Counted from the first letter of the stretch, positions 19,305 through 27,423 are shown. The stretch: DNA of 64,000 nt from Abditibacteriaceae bacterium (GCA_031425655.1 JANPJS010000034.1:9625-73624); one strand, 5' to 3'. Translations and numbers: made by a program. The notes: generated by a model not told the origin, from the letters alone.

Positions 19305-19886
19305 ATGAGTGAACAAGGCGCCTTTGACCTCGCGCACGAGTGGACAGGCGATGCTTTAAGCGAATCGGAATCGGCGGCGTTTCAAGAGGGCAAAGCCAAA
19401 GCTCTGCAAAAGCTGTTGCCTTACGCGCATCCTTCTTCTAACCAAGAGGCGGCATCGGTTGTTTTGGAACTGAATGGTAGCGAATTCGATTTCCGTGTCG
19501 GCGAGAGATTTGAAGTGATGGTGTTGGTGCCTGCGAATCGTGCCGTAGCACACTTGCACACTCATCCGGATGCGGAGCCGCAGAGCTTGGAAGATTGGCA
19601 GGAATTTCTCCCAGTCCATGCCGTTCGCCAAGCGCACGTCATTGCGCCCAACGCGACGTATTCGCTCCATAAACCACCGGCATGGGAAAATACGGTGCGT
19701 CCGATTCGTCGCAGAGAGATCGCCGTCGCCTATTTTGAGGTTTATCAAGCTGCTCAACTGGACGCGCTGCGGAGAGGCGAAAACGCGGAGAACTTGGAAG
19801 TGGACGAAGCAGCGGCGCGGAACATGGCCGCCCGTTTTGGCATACTTCATTGCGTTGGCATCCGACGAGGAGAGGAAAGGCCATGA
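19305..19886 (+). CDS. hypothetical protein with JAB/MPN-like motif
   Basis: Starts 7 nt after the GH78 stop. Contains AHLHTHPDAEPQSLEDWQEF, which resembles the JAMM signature HxHP-x6-S-xx-D (cf. RadC AHNHPSGDPTPSREDIELT) but with a loop one residue shorter. Confidence 0.55.
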   Translation: MSEQGAFDLAHEWTGDALSESESAAFQEGKAKALQKLLPYAHPSSNQEAASVVLELNGSEFDFRVGERFEVMVLVPANRAVAHLHTHPDAEPQSLEDWQEFLPVHAVRQAHVIAPNATYSLHKPPAWENTVRPIRRREIAVAYFEVYQAAQLDALRRGENAENLEVDEAAARNMAARFGILHCVGIRRGEERP

Positions 19887-20053
19887 AAGAAAAGATCACA
19901 AATCTTCGCATGGATACTAAAGCGGGGCAAGAGAAGCAGCACAAAATCAAGAAGGCAGCTTTGGCATCAGCAAAAGCAAAATTCGCGGCGGAACAGAGAG
20001 ACGGCGCCCTCCCCGCCACACACACTGCCACGCCGTTGAGAAAAGTCGCCTAA
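19883..20053 (+). CDS. small basic hypothetical protein (56 aa)
   Basis: Its ATG overlaps the stop of the preceding ORF (ATGA). The sequence is Lys/Ala-rich (MKEKITNLRMDTKAGQEKQHKIKKAALASAKAKFAAEQ...). Coding status unproven. Confidence 0.35.
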   Translation: MKEKITNLRMDTKAGQEKQHKIKKAALASAKAKFAAEQRDGALPATHTATPLRKVA

Positions 20054-20095
20054 GCGCGCATCTATGGTTGAAGCGAAGCCGGAAGAAGAACAACC

Positions 20096-20305
20096 ATGAG
20101 CGAAGAAGTCGTTCCTTACAACTGCGATGGGATGGAAAGCCGCAAGCGGCAGAAGGCGACGCCGCAAGCTATGCGCGCGCGCATTGACGCGGAAGAGAAG
20201 GCCGCCAAAGCCTATTCAACACAGAAAGCCTCATCGAGCCGCGTGAAAATCGAAGCTGGACAAATCGAAACCCCGTCGCAAAATCCCCATCGCAAGGCCG
20301 CATGA
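20096..20305 (+). CDS. small basic hypothetical protein (69 aa)
   Basis: ATG ORF in the same orientation as the two preceding ORFs. The predicted protein is charged and looks disordered. No motif recognised. Confidence 0.3.
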   Translation: MSEEVVPYNCDGMESRKRQKATPQAMRARIDAEEKAAKAYSTQKASSSRVKIEAGQIETPSQNPHRKAA

Positions 20306-20415
20306 GTCCATTGAAACGGCGCCTGCCAATCGTCGCAGAGCTGCTCCGCCTGCCGCCCGCCAAAGACAGATAATTTTGAGCGGGCGTTTTTCATGGTTCA
20401 CGTTACCGACGCATT

Positions 20416-20656
20416 ATGCTGAAACACCTTCTCGCGCTTTTAATTTCGTTCGTTGTCGCGGCGCCTTCGATTCAATCCGAGGCCACATCGAAAGCAGTTG
20501 GAAGCTCGAAAATGGTGCCTTTTCCTGCAACGTGACGATTCCCGCCAATACGACGGCGACGCTGCAAAATCCGACGGCGTGCAATTCGTAAAGCAGGAAA
20601 ACGGCGCCGCGATTTATGAGCTTGGTTCGGGGACTTATTCGTTCGAGGTGCGATGC
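20416..20656 (+). pseudogene. remnant of a GH78-type gene: signal-peptide-like start fused to a degraded, frameshifted copy of the rhamnosidase 3' end
   Basis: 20458-20656 aligns with 19047-19297. Compare FDSIRGHIESSWKLENGAFSCNVTIPANTTATL with FDSIRGRIESGWKIENGVFSYNVTIPANATATL, and DGVQFVKQENGAAIYELGSGTYSFEVR with DGVQFVKHENGSAIYELGSGSYAFAVR. The copy has an internal deletion, a frameshift and a lost stop (tga to tgc). The ATG at 20416 encodes MLKHLLALLISFVVAAPS. Confidence 0.8.
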
Positions 20657-20775
20657 GGTCGTGTTTGGCCGGGGGAACCAATGCTGAACCTGAAATCTAA
20701 GCTATCCCTCCGCCGGATTTGTTTGAACGATTGCGAGCCGCGTTGCAAAAGAACGTCTGAAAAGTCACCTTGCCA

Positions 20776-20810
20776 ATGGCCCGCAAAATCATTCAAACCG
20801 GCGTGTTGGT
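20776..20810 (+). repeat. direct repeat copy A: first 12 codons of an FAD-oxidoreductase-like gene (MARKIIQTGVLV)
   Basis: atggcccgcaaaatcattcaaaccggcgtgttggt matches 21529-21563 (atggcacgaaaaatcatccaaaccgacgtgttggt) at 31 of 35 positions. Copy A is cut off by the stop of the 20810-21475 gene. Confidence 0.8.
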
Positions 20811-21475
20811 CAGTTGATAATCTCGTTCGGCCCGGAATAAGTTATGGGGCCTGGGGGAAAACACGGGAAGAGTTCCAGGCCAAAGCCGTCGTTCAACACT
20901 TCGTCGCTGTAAACATCCGCCATGACCAGTTCCCTGCGGCCAAAATAGTAAATCCACTCGAAATCGTAGCGCACCTGAATCCAAGGATAAAGTTCCTCAT
21001 CGTCATCCTCCGAAGGAGGTGGGAGTTCTTTAATTTTGATTGTAAAGGGGCCAACCAGCTTCCAAATAATCGGACGTTCCGCGTCCGGAGGACTGAATCC
21101 TGCCAATTGTTGATACCAACCAGTTCCATCAGGATTGAATTGCCATACGACATCTACTCCGCGCCAGCCGCCCACAGGCCCCTCTCGAAACTTGATTCGA
21201 TGACCTTTTATGGAACGCAGGGTGAACCCACTGATGAGCGTTGGAATAAGCTTTTGCAGTTCTGTTGGTGGTAGTTTGGCCCAAGGAAGCAACGCGCCAC
21301 ATTGGCACTGCTTAAAGTCATGGGGATATGGCTCTCCGCATTGGGCGCAATTGCCGCAAGATGGCTTCACCCAAGGCAGGATCGCGCCGCATTGGCACAA
21401 TTTGGATGTGTAGGCGTTTTTCGCGCCGCATACATCGCAATTTCCGCCGATTGGATTCTTTTGCATTGACTCCAT
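20810..21475 (-). CDS. hypothetical protein: tandem zinc-ribbon N-terminus + unknown C-terminal domain
   Basis: The N-terminus has three CxxC...CQCG..LPW units (CDVCGAKN..CQCGAILPW, CGNCAQCGEP..CQCGALLPW). No match was recognised for the C-terminal ~150 aa. GC is visibly lower than in the neighbours. Confidence 0.65.
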   Translation of the reverse strand: MESMQKNPIGGNCDVCGAKNAYTSKLCQCGAILPWVKPSCGNCAQCGEPYPHDFKQCQCGALLPWAKLPPTELQKLIPTLISGFTLRSIKGHRIKFREGPVGGWRGVDVVWQFNPDGTGWYQQLAGFSPPDAERPIIWKLVGPFTIKIKELPPPSEDDDEELYPWIQVRYDFEWIYYFGRRELVMADVYSDEVLNDGFGLELFPCFPPGPITYSGPNEIIN

Positions 21476-21528
21476 TGGTTGGCGCTTTCGTGTGGCTTAA
21501 GTTGTAGTAAAACGGAAATAGAGATTTT

Positions 21529-21563
21529 ATGGCACGAAAAATCATCCAAACCGACGTGTTGGT
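21529..21563 (+). repeat. direct repeat copy B of the FAD-oxidoreductase-like gene start
   Basis: See 20776-20810. Copy B continues into DVLVCGGGGAG (a dinucleotide-binding GxGxxG) before the frame runs into an unrelated signal peptide. Confidence 0.8.
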
Positions 21564-21903
21564 GTGTGGCGGTGGCGGCGCTGGGCGCGCGTGCTGGGAA
21601 AGGAAATCCATGTTGAAATTGCGTTCCCTTTGTCTGTTGGCCTCGTTGTCCACGCCGCTCTGCGCGCAGGAACTGACGATGAAGCAAATCGTGCCGCAAA
21701 TCTCTGAGGCGCCGCTGAAAAATCCCGGCATGGGCCTCTATCTTGGCGGCACGCTGAACGAAAAAGAGCTTTCGCCCGATTTATGGCCCACACAAATCAT
21801 TGACATCGGCTATTTCCGCGACGATTGGGCCAAAATTCAGCCGCATGGCCCCGGAACGGCGGATTTTGACGCGTATTTAAGCCGATTTTCGACCTTTGGG
21901 TGA
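21529..21903 (+). pseudogene. chimeric ORF: ~21 codons of an FAD-oxidoreductase start fused to a truncated secreted glycosidase-like N-terminus
   Basis: MARKIIQTDVLVCGGGGAGRA is followed by MLKLRSLCLLASLSTPLCAQ (signal peptide, ATG at 21610) and ~75 further residues before a stop. Downstream, 21900-22115 shows only out-of-frame protein-like fragments (e.g. GELAVEKGSLESRPQIALRLDEVKLELVESP). Confidence 0.6.
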
Positions 21904-22135
21904 ACAAACTGCACCGGCAAGTGGCTGACGAACGCGAACACCGACAAATACGACACGACGAAATTGGGCACATGGCAACGGCTCGAAGCCTGAGTCTAAA
22001 CCACGCCGCAAACCGCGCGTGGCGAGCTGGCCGTCGAAAAAGGCTCGCTCGAATCGCGCCCGCAAATCGCGCTGCGCTTGGACGAAGTGAAGCTCGAATT
22101 GGTCGAATCGCCGTGACGGTTAAACTCAGGGTGAG

Positions 22136-22405
22136 GTGAACGAAATGGCAGTCGCAACGGTAGAAGAGATTTATGAGCAGGTGAAGGCTTTGCCGCTGGA
22201 AGCTCGATTGCGCCTGGTTGAACGAATCGCGCATGATGTGTCGCGGCAAGTGGGCGAGGAAGAACCGAAGATAAAGCGCCGTTGGCGCGATATTCGCGGC
22301 ACAGCAGTCGGATTATTAGACGGCGAGGACGCGCAAGAATGGGTGTCGCGCACGCGGCGCGAAGGCGACGCGCATCGGGAAAAGCAATGGAAGCGTGAGC
22401 CGTGA
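22136..22405 (+). CDS. vapB: type II antitoxin (VapB-like partner of the PIN gene)
   Basis: 89-aa acidic/basic protein. Its stop overlaps the GTG of the PIN gene (GTGA). The N-terminal EEIYEQVKALPLEARLRLVERI resembles addiction-module antitoxin components. An alternative ATG lies at 22145. Confidence 0.6.
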   Translation: MNEMAVATVEEIYEQVKALPLEARLRLVERIAHDVSRQVGEEEPKIKRRWRDIRGTAVGLLDGEDAQEWVSRTRREGDAHREKQWKREP

Positions 22406-22859
22406 ACATTGCCGACGCGCTGGCGCCCGGTAGCCGCTTGTTTCTTGATTCGGCTCCCGTCATTTATTACGTTGAACGGCATCCCCATTATTTGTCACTG
22501 GTGGATGTGTTGTTCGATGCGCTTGACGACGAGACTATTGAAGCAGTAACTTCGCCCGTTACATTGGCGGAGTGCTTGATTCTTCCGCTGCGGGTTGGCA
22601 ATACGCTTTGCGGCGAGAATATGTCGCAGTCATTACCAATGGCCCTGGCATCGAATTTTGGCCTCTGAATGATGTTGAGGCGCAACACGCCGCCGACCTC
22701 ACAGCGCGCTACAATATCCCGTTGCCTGACGCCTTTCAAATTGCCGTTGCCATCGCGTCCGGCTGCGACGCATTTCTTACCAACGACCTCACGCTGAAAC
22801 GAGTGCGGGAAATCACGATTTTGGTGCTGGACGAACTGGAACCGCCAACCTCTACATGA
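22402..22859 (+). pseudogene. vapC: PIN-domain toxin (VapC-like) interrupted by a single frameshift
   Basis: The N-terminal frame (22402-22668) carries FLDSAPVIYY and LAECL. The C-terminal frame (22572-22859) carries LPDAFQIAVA and FLTNDLTLKRV. All four PIN acidic positions are present, but split over two frames that switch near 22600-22615. Confidence 0.65.
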
Positions 22860-24346
22860 CCCAACCGCTGATTCAAATTGAAAGTCTGAGCAAATTTTAT
22901 GGCGTGGTGCGGGCGCTCGAAGGCGTCAGCTTCGATATTCGCGCGGGCGAAATTCACGCGCTCGTCGGAGAAAACGGCGCCGGGAAAAGCACTTTAATCA
23001 AGGCGTTGGGCGGCGCGCACGCGCCGAGCGAAGGCCGCGTTTTGGTGAGTGGGCAGCCGCTTTCGTGCGGCGTGACGGCTTCGGAAGCGGCGGGCATCGC
23101 CACGATTCACCAGGAAATCACGGCGTTTCCGCATCTCAGCGCCGAAGACAACATTTTCGTGGGCCGCGAGCCGCGTTTGGGCGGAATTTTCATCAATCGC
23201 GGCCAAATGCGGCGCGAAACGCGGGCGCTTTTGACACAACTTGGCGAAAATTTCGATTCGGCGCGGCCTGTTGGCGAACTCAGCGTGGCGCGGCGGCAGA
23301 TGGTCGGCTTCGCCCGCGCGCTGTCGCAGAAAAGCAAATTGCTGATATTAGATGAGCCAACGGCTTCGCTGTCCGAGCGCGAATGCGTGGCGTTGTTCAA
23401 AGTGATTCGCGCGCTGCAAAGCGACGGCGTGGCGATTCTCTACGTTAGCCACCGTTTGGACGAAATTTTTGCTTTAGCCAACCGCGTCACGGTTTTTCGC
23501 GACGGGCGCCACGTCCAAACCTGCGACATCGGCGAAGTGGACAAAGCCGGTTTAATTCGCTTGATGGTCGGGCGCGAAGTCGTCGAAGAGCGCGATGAAT
23601 CGGGGCGCGGCGTGCCGGGCGAAGCGGTTTTGCAGGTCGAAAACTTGTCGCGCGAAGGCGCTTTTCGTGACGTTTCGTTCCAAGTGCGTGCCGGAGAAAT
23701 CGTCGGGTTGGCCGGCCTCGTTGGCGCCGGACGCAGCGAAGTGGCGCGGGCGATTTTCGGTGTAGACAAACCGACAGCGGGCGTCGTGAAAATCAGCGGC
23801 GCGATTTTGCCGTCCGGTTCGGTGGGAAAAGCGGTCGCGCGCGGTGTGGCTCTGGTGCCCGAAGACCGCCAGCATCAGGGGTTGGTTTTGGCGATGACGG
23901 TCGGCGAAAACCTTACGCTTTCGGTGCTGGAACGCCTGGCGCGCGGGCCGGGGCGCGACAAAAAAGCCGAGCGCACAGAGATTGCGAAATTGATGAAAGA
24001 CCTGTCGGTGCGCGCCGCCGGGCCGGATATTCCGGCGCAATCGCTGTCGGGCGGAAATCAGCAAAAGTTGGTGGTCGGTAAGTGGCTGGCTTCGCAGCCG
24101 AAAGTTTTGATTTTAGACGAGCCGACGCGCGGCGTGGATGTCGGCGCGCGGGCCGAGGTTTATCGCTTGATTCGTCAGTTGGCCGGGCAGGGCATGGCGG
24201 CGCTGGTGATCTCGTCCGACTTGACCGAAATCCTCGCCTTATGCGACCGCATTTTAGTCATGCGCGAGGGCGTCGTTTCCGGCGAGCTGCCGCGCGAAGG
24301 CGCCACGCAAGAGAAGATTTTAGAATTAGCTTTGCCGGAAAAATAA
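22856..24346 (+). CDS. sugar ABC transporter ATP-binding protein with duplicated ATPase domains (RbsA/MglA/RhaT type)
   Basis: Two Walker A sites (GENGAGKST, GLVGAGRSE) and two signature regions (LSVARRQ, LSGGNQQK). 496 aa. The ATG overlaps the vapC stop (ATGA). Confidence 0.9.
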   Translation: MTQPLIQIESLSKFYGVVRALEGVSFDIRAGEIHALVGENGAGKSTLIKALGGAHAPSEGRVLVSGQPLSCGVTASEAAGIATIHQEITAFPHLSAEDNIFVGREPRLGGIFINRGQMRRETRALLTQLGENFDSARPVGELSVARRQMVGFARALSQKSKLLILDEPTASLSERECVALFKVIRALQSDGVAILYVSHRLDEIFALANRVTVFRDGRHVQTCDIGEVDKAGLIRLMVGREVVEERDESGRGVPGEAVLQVENLSREGAFRDVSFQVRAGEIVGLAGLVGAGRSEVARAIFGVDKPTAGVVKISGAILPSGSVGKAVARGVALVPEDRQHQGLVLAMTVGENLTLSVLERLARGPGRDKKAERTEIAKLMKDLSVRAAGPDIPAQSLSGGNQQKLVVGKWLASQPKVLILDEPTRGVDVGARAEVYRLIRQLAGQGMAALVISSDLTEILALCDRILVMREGVVSGELPREGATQEKILELALPEK

Positions 24347-24353
24347 GACTTTC

Positions 24354-24457
24354 AATGGAACACGGGCCTTCGGCACACGGATTACACGGATTTTCACGGT
24401 TTAAATCGAAAAAACCGTGAAAATCCGTGGCCGTTTCCGTGAATTCCGTGTTCCATT
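24354..24457. repeat. long imperfect hairpin (CACGGAT-word type) between ABC ATPase and permease genes
   Basis: aatggaacacgg...cacggattttcacggttt pairs with aaaccgtgaaaatccgtg...ccgtgttccatt. The outer and inner parts pair and the middle has diverged. Each arm is built of cacgg(a/t)tt-like words. Confidence 0.85.
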
Positions 24458-24483
24458 AAAAACTTTGCGCTCGACCGCTTTTT

Positions 24484-25449
24484 ATGACTCTCGTTAAACG
24501 CATTTTTCTCCAGCGCGAATACGGCGTCGCGGCGCTTTTGCTGTTGATGATCGCTGTCGTGACGGCAGTAGATCACAATTTTTTGTCGCGGCAGAATTTT
24601 CTCGATATTCTCATGGCGACGGTGCCGGTCGCTATCGTGGCGTGCGGGCTGACATTCGTGATCGTGCTGGGCGAAATTGATATTTCCGTCGGCTCGCTGC
24701 TCGGCCTCACGGCAGTAGTTTTGGGGCTGCTGACTTCGCTCGATCATGCGAAACAGCCGGTTGTCGTCGGCGTCGCGGCGGTCTTGGTGCTGGGCACGTT
24801 TGTCGGCCTTGTCAACGGTGTATTAGTCGTGTTCGGGCGCGTGCCTTCGATTATCGTCACGCTGGGAATGCTGACGGCGCTCAAAGGCTTGATGGTGATT
24901 CTGATGAACGGCGAGAACATCCAGAATTTGCCGGACAGCGTGCGCTTTTTGGGCACCGGAACGCTGGTCGGTGTGCCGATTCCACTGCTTGTCGCGGCGG
25001 TCGTCATCGCTTTTTCTGCTGGATTAGCGGTTTATACGCCGCTTGGCCGAAGGCTTTACGCGGCGGGCAGCAATCCGCACGCGGCGGAGTTGGCCGGGCT
25101 TTCGGTGCGCGGATTGAAGCTCTTTGCTTTCACTTACACAGGCTTTCTCACAGCGGTAGCCGCTCTGGTGACGGCGCCGCGCTTGTCGGTCATTGAAGAC
25201 AGCGCCGGCAAAGATTTGGAGTTGATGGTCGTGACAGCGGTCGTCGTCGGCGGCACGTCGCTGAGCGGCGGACGCGGCACCATCGCCGGCTCGCTGCTGG
25301 CGGCGATTCTTCTGGGTTCGGTCAGCACAGCGCTGATCTTTCTCAAGTTCAGCGCGGCCACTTATTGGGAGCGCGCGATTCAAGGCGGATTTATTTTGGC
25401 GGCGGTTTTGGTTGACCACCTGGCGCGGCGCGACGGAGAAACGCCATGA
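24484..25449 (+). CDS. sugar ABC transporter permease (RbsC/BPD_transp_2 type)
   Basis: 321 aa and polytopic. Contains GEIDISVGS and TGGTSLSGGRGT-like motifs typical of ribose/rhamnose-type permeases. Confidence 0.85.
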   Translation: MTLVKRIFLQREYGVAALLLLMIAVVTAVDHNFLSRQNFLDILMATVPVAIVACGLTFVIVLGEIDISVGSLLGLTAVVLGLLTSLDHAKQPVVVGVAAVLVLGTFVGLVNGVLVVFGRVPSIIVTLGMLTALKGLMVILMNGENIQNLPDSVRFLGTGTLVGVPIPLLVAAVVIAFSAGLAVYTPLGRRLYAAGSNPHAAELAGLSVRGLKLFAFTYTGFLTAVAALVTAPRLSVIEDSAGKDLELMVVTAVVVGGTSLSGGRGTIAGSLLAAILLGSVSTALIFLKFSAATYWERAIQGGFILAAVLVDHLARRDGETP

Positions 25450-26357
25450 AAAAGCGATTTGCCCACGAAACCGCGCTTTTAGCGTTACTTTTCGCGCTTT
25501 TGGCTTACGCGAAATTCACCGAGCCGAAATTTTTAGCTCTTGATACGCAGCGCAAGCTGCTCGAAGAATTGTGGGAATTGGCCTTGATTTCCATCCCGAT
25601 GACGCTGATTATCCTGACTGGCGGCATAGATTTATCGGTCGGTTCGGCGATGGGCTTGTGTGCCGTCGTCATGGGAATGAGCTTTCAGCGCGGATATCCC
25701 CCGGCACTGTGCGCGCTGCTGGCTTTAGTCGCCGGATTGGCGGCGGGCGCGCTGAATGGATTTTTCATCACGCGCGTGAAAGTCCATCCACTTCTGGTGA
25801 CTTTGGCGACTTTGGCCGCTTTTCGCGGCGTGGCCGAAGGCATGAGCGGCGGCGCGAGCGTTGAAGGCTTCGTCGAGACGTTTAAGCTGCTGCGCGACCC
25901 GGTTCCGGCGTTGATTTTCGTCGCTTTCGTGGCAATCGCCGCGTGGTTTCTGAACGCGGCGCCCGGCGGCGTGTGGCTGCGCGCAATTGGTTTCAACGAA
26001 ACTTCGGCGCGCTTTTCCGGATTGCCGGTTGATCGTCTAAAACTGCGTCTTTACGCGCTGTCGGGCCTCGCGGCGGGCGTGGCGGCTGTGCTTTATGCAG
26101 CGCGGTTCAATACGGCCAAAGCTGACATCGGCGATGGCAAAGAATTGGAAGCCGTCACCGCTGTTGTGTTGGGCGGCACCAGCATTTTCGGCGGACGCGG
26201 CCACGTTTTCGGCACCGTTCTCGGCCTGTTACTTATCCACGAGACGCGCGAGTTCGTAAAATGGCATTGGAGCAACGAATATATCGCCATCGTTCTCGGC
26301 GTGCTGTTGATTTTATCGGTCTTGATGAATCGCTTTTTGGGCGACGGCGAATCTTAA
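25446..26357 (+). CDS. sugar ABC transporter permease (second subunit)
   Basis: 303-aa paralogue of the previous gene (GGIDLSVGS, LGGTSIFGGRG). Start and stop overlap (ATGA). Confidence 0.85.
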   Translation: MKKRFAHETALLALLFALLAYAKFTEPKFLALDTQRKLLEELWELALISIPMTLIILTGGIDLSVGSAMGLCAVVMGMSFQRGYPPALCALLALVAGLAAGALNGFFITRVKVHPLLVTLATLAAFRGVAEGMSGGASVEGFVETFKLLRDPVPALIFVAFVAIAAWFLNAAPGGVWLRAIGFNETSARFSGLPVDRLKLRLYALSGLAAGVAAVLYAARFNTAKADIGDGKELEAVTAVVLGGTSIFGGRGHVFGTVLGLLLIHETREFVKWHWSNEYIAIVLGVLLILSVLMNRFLGDGES

Positions 26358-26382
26358 TTCCGGCCCCATTTTAGGAGAAATT

Positions 26383-27423
26383 ATGCGTTTACTTGAGCGA
26401 GTTGTTCCTGTTGTATTGCTGGGCTTAGCCATTGCGGGTTGCGGCAGCAATCCTCCGGCGGAGACCTCGAATTCGTCTGGCCCGGCGCCCGCTTCCACTT
26501 CGCCTGCCAGCGGTGAAAAAATCACCATCGCGCTGTTGCCCAAGCAAAAGGGCATCGCGTATTTCACTTCTTGCGCCAAAGGCGCCGAGGAAGCCGCCAA
26601 AGAACTCGGCGACGTGGAACTGATTTACGACGGCCCGACCGACGGCAAAGCGGAAAAAGCCGCGTCCATGATTGACCAGTGGGTGCTGAAAGGCGTGAGC
26701 GCCATCGCGGTTTCGCCCAACGACCCGCAAGTCTTGGCGCCGGCCATGAAATCGGCCAAAGAAAAAGGTATCAAAGTGCTGACATGGGACGCCGACGGCG
26801 ACAAAGCCGGGCGCGACTGGTTCGTCAATCAAGCGACGGCAGAGCAAATCGGCAACGCTCTGGTGGACACTCTGGCTAAGGACATCGGCGGCAAAGGCAA
26901 AGTCGCGATCATAACCGCCACGCTGACCGCAGCCAACCAGAACGAATGGATGAAATACATGAATATCCGCTTGAAAAAGTATCCCGGCATGACGTTGGTA
27001 GCGACTAAACCCTCGAACGAGAATCAGAAGATCGCTTTTACCGCCACGCAGGATTTGATGAAGGCGTATCCCGATTTGAAAGGCGTTTTCGCCATCAGTT
27101 CGGCGGCGTTTCCCGGCGCGGCGGAAGCGATTAAACAGTCCGGCAACAATGGCAAAGTCATGGTCACCGGCCTTTCGACGCCCAACGACATGAAAGCCTA
27201 TGTCAAAGGCGGAACCGTGAAATCCGTCATTCTGTGGAACACCGTTGATCTCGGCTATCTCGCGGTTCAGGCGGCGCACGCGGCTGTCAAAGGCGACCTC
27301 AGAACGGGCGCCAAAACCTTCAAAGCCGGGCGTTTGGGCGAAAAGAAAATCGCCGGCGACAACGTGCTGCTCGGCGATATTTTGGTCTTCACTAAAGACA
27401 ACATTGACAAATATGATTTTTAA
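26383..27423 (+). CDS. periplasmic sugar-binding lipoprotein (RhaS/LsrB-like family)
   Basis: Lipobox LAIAGC. The body (ITIALLPKQKGIAYFTSCAKGAEEAAKELG...ELIYDGPTDG...GVSAIAVSPNDP...GIKVLTWDAD) resembles rhamnose/AI-2 binding proteins. Rhamnose is suggested only by the nearby GH78. Confidence 0.8.
   Translation: MRLLERVVPVVLLGLAIAGCGSNPPAETSNSSGPAPASTSPASGEKITIALLPKQKGIAYFTSCAKGAEEAAKELGDVELIYDGPTDGKAEKAASMIDQWVLKGVSAIAVSPNDPQVLAPAMKSAKEKGIKVLTWDADGDKAGRDWFVNQATAEQIGNALVDTLAKDIGGKGKVAIITATLTAANQNEWMKYMNIRLKKYPGMTLVATKPSNENQKIAFTATQDLMKAYPDLKGVFAISSAAFPGAAEAIKQSGNNGKVMVTGLSTPNDMKAYVKGGTVKSVILWNTVDLGYLAVQAAHAAVKGDLRTGAKTFKAGRLGEKKIAGDNVLLGDILVFTKDNIDKYDF

Noticed and set aside
20376-21274. ORFs 20376-20591 and 20453-21274 as real genes.
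   Set aside because: Both are read-throughs of the degraded GH78 3' remnant in two different frames. The second continues antisense through the zinc-ribbon gene.
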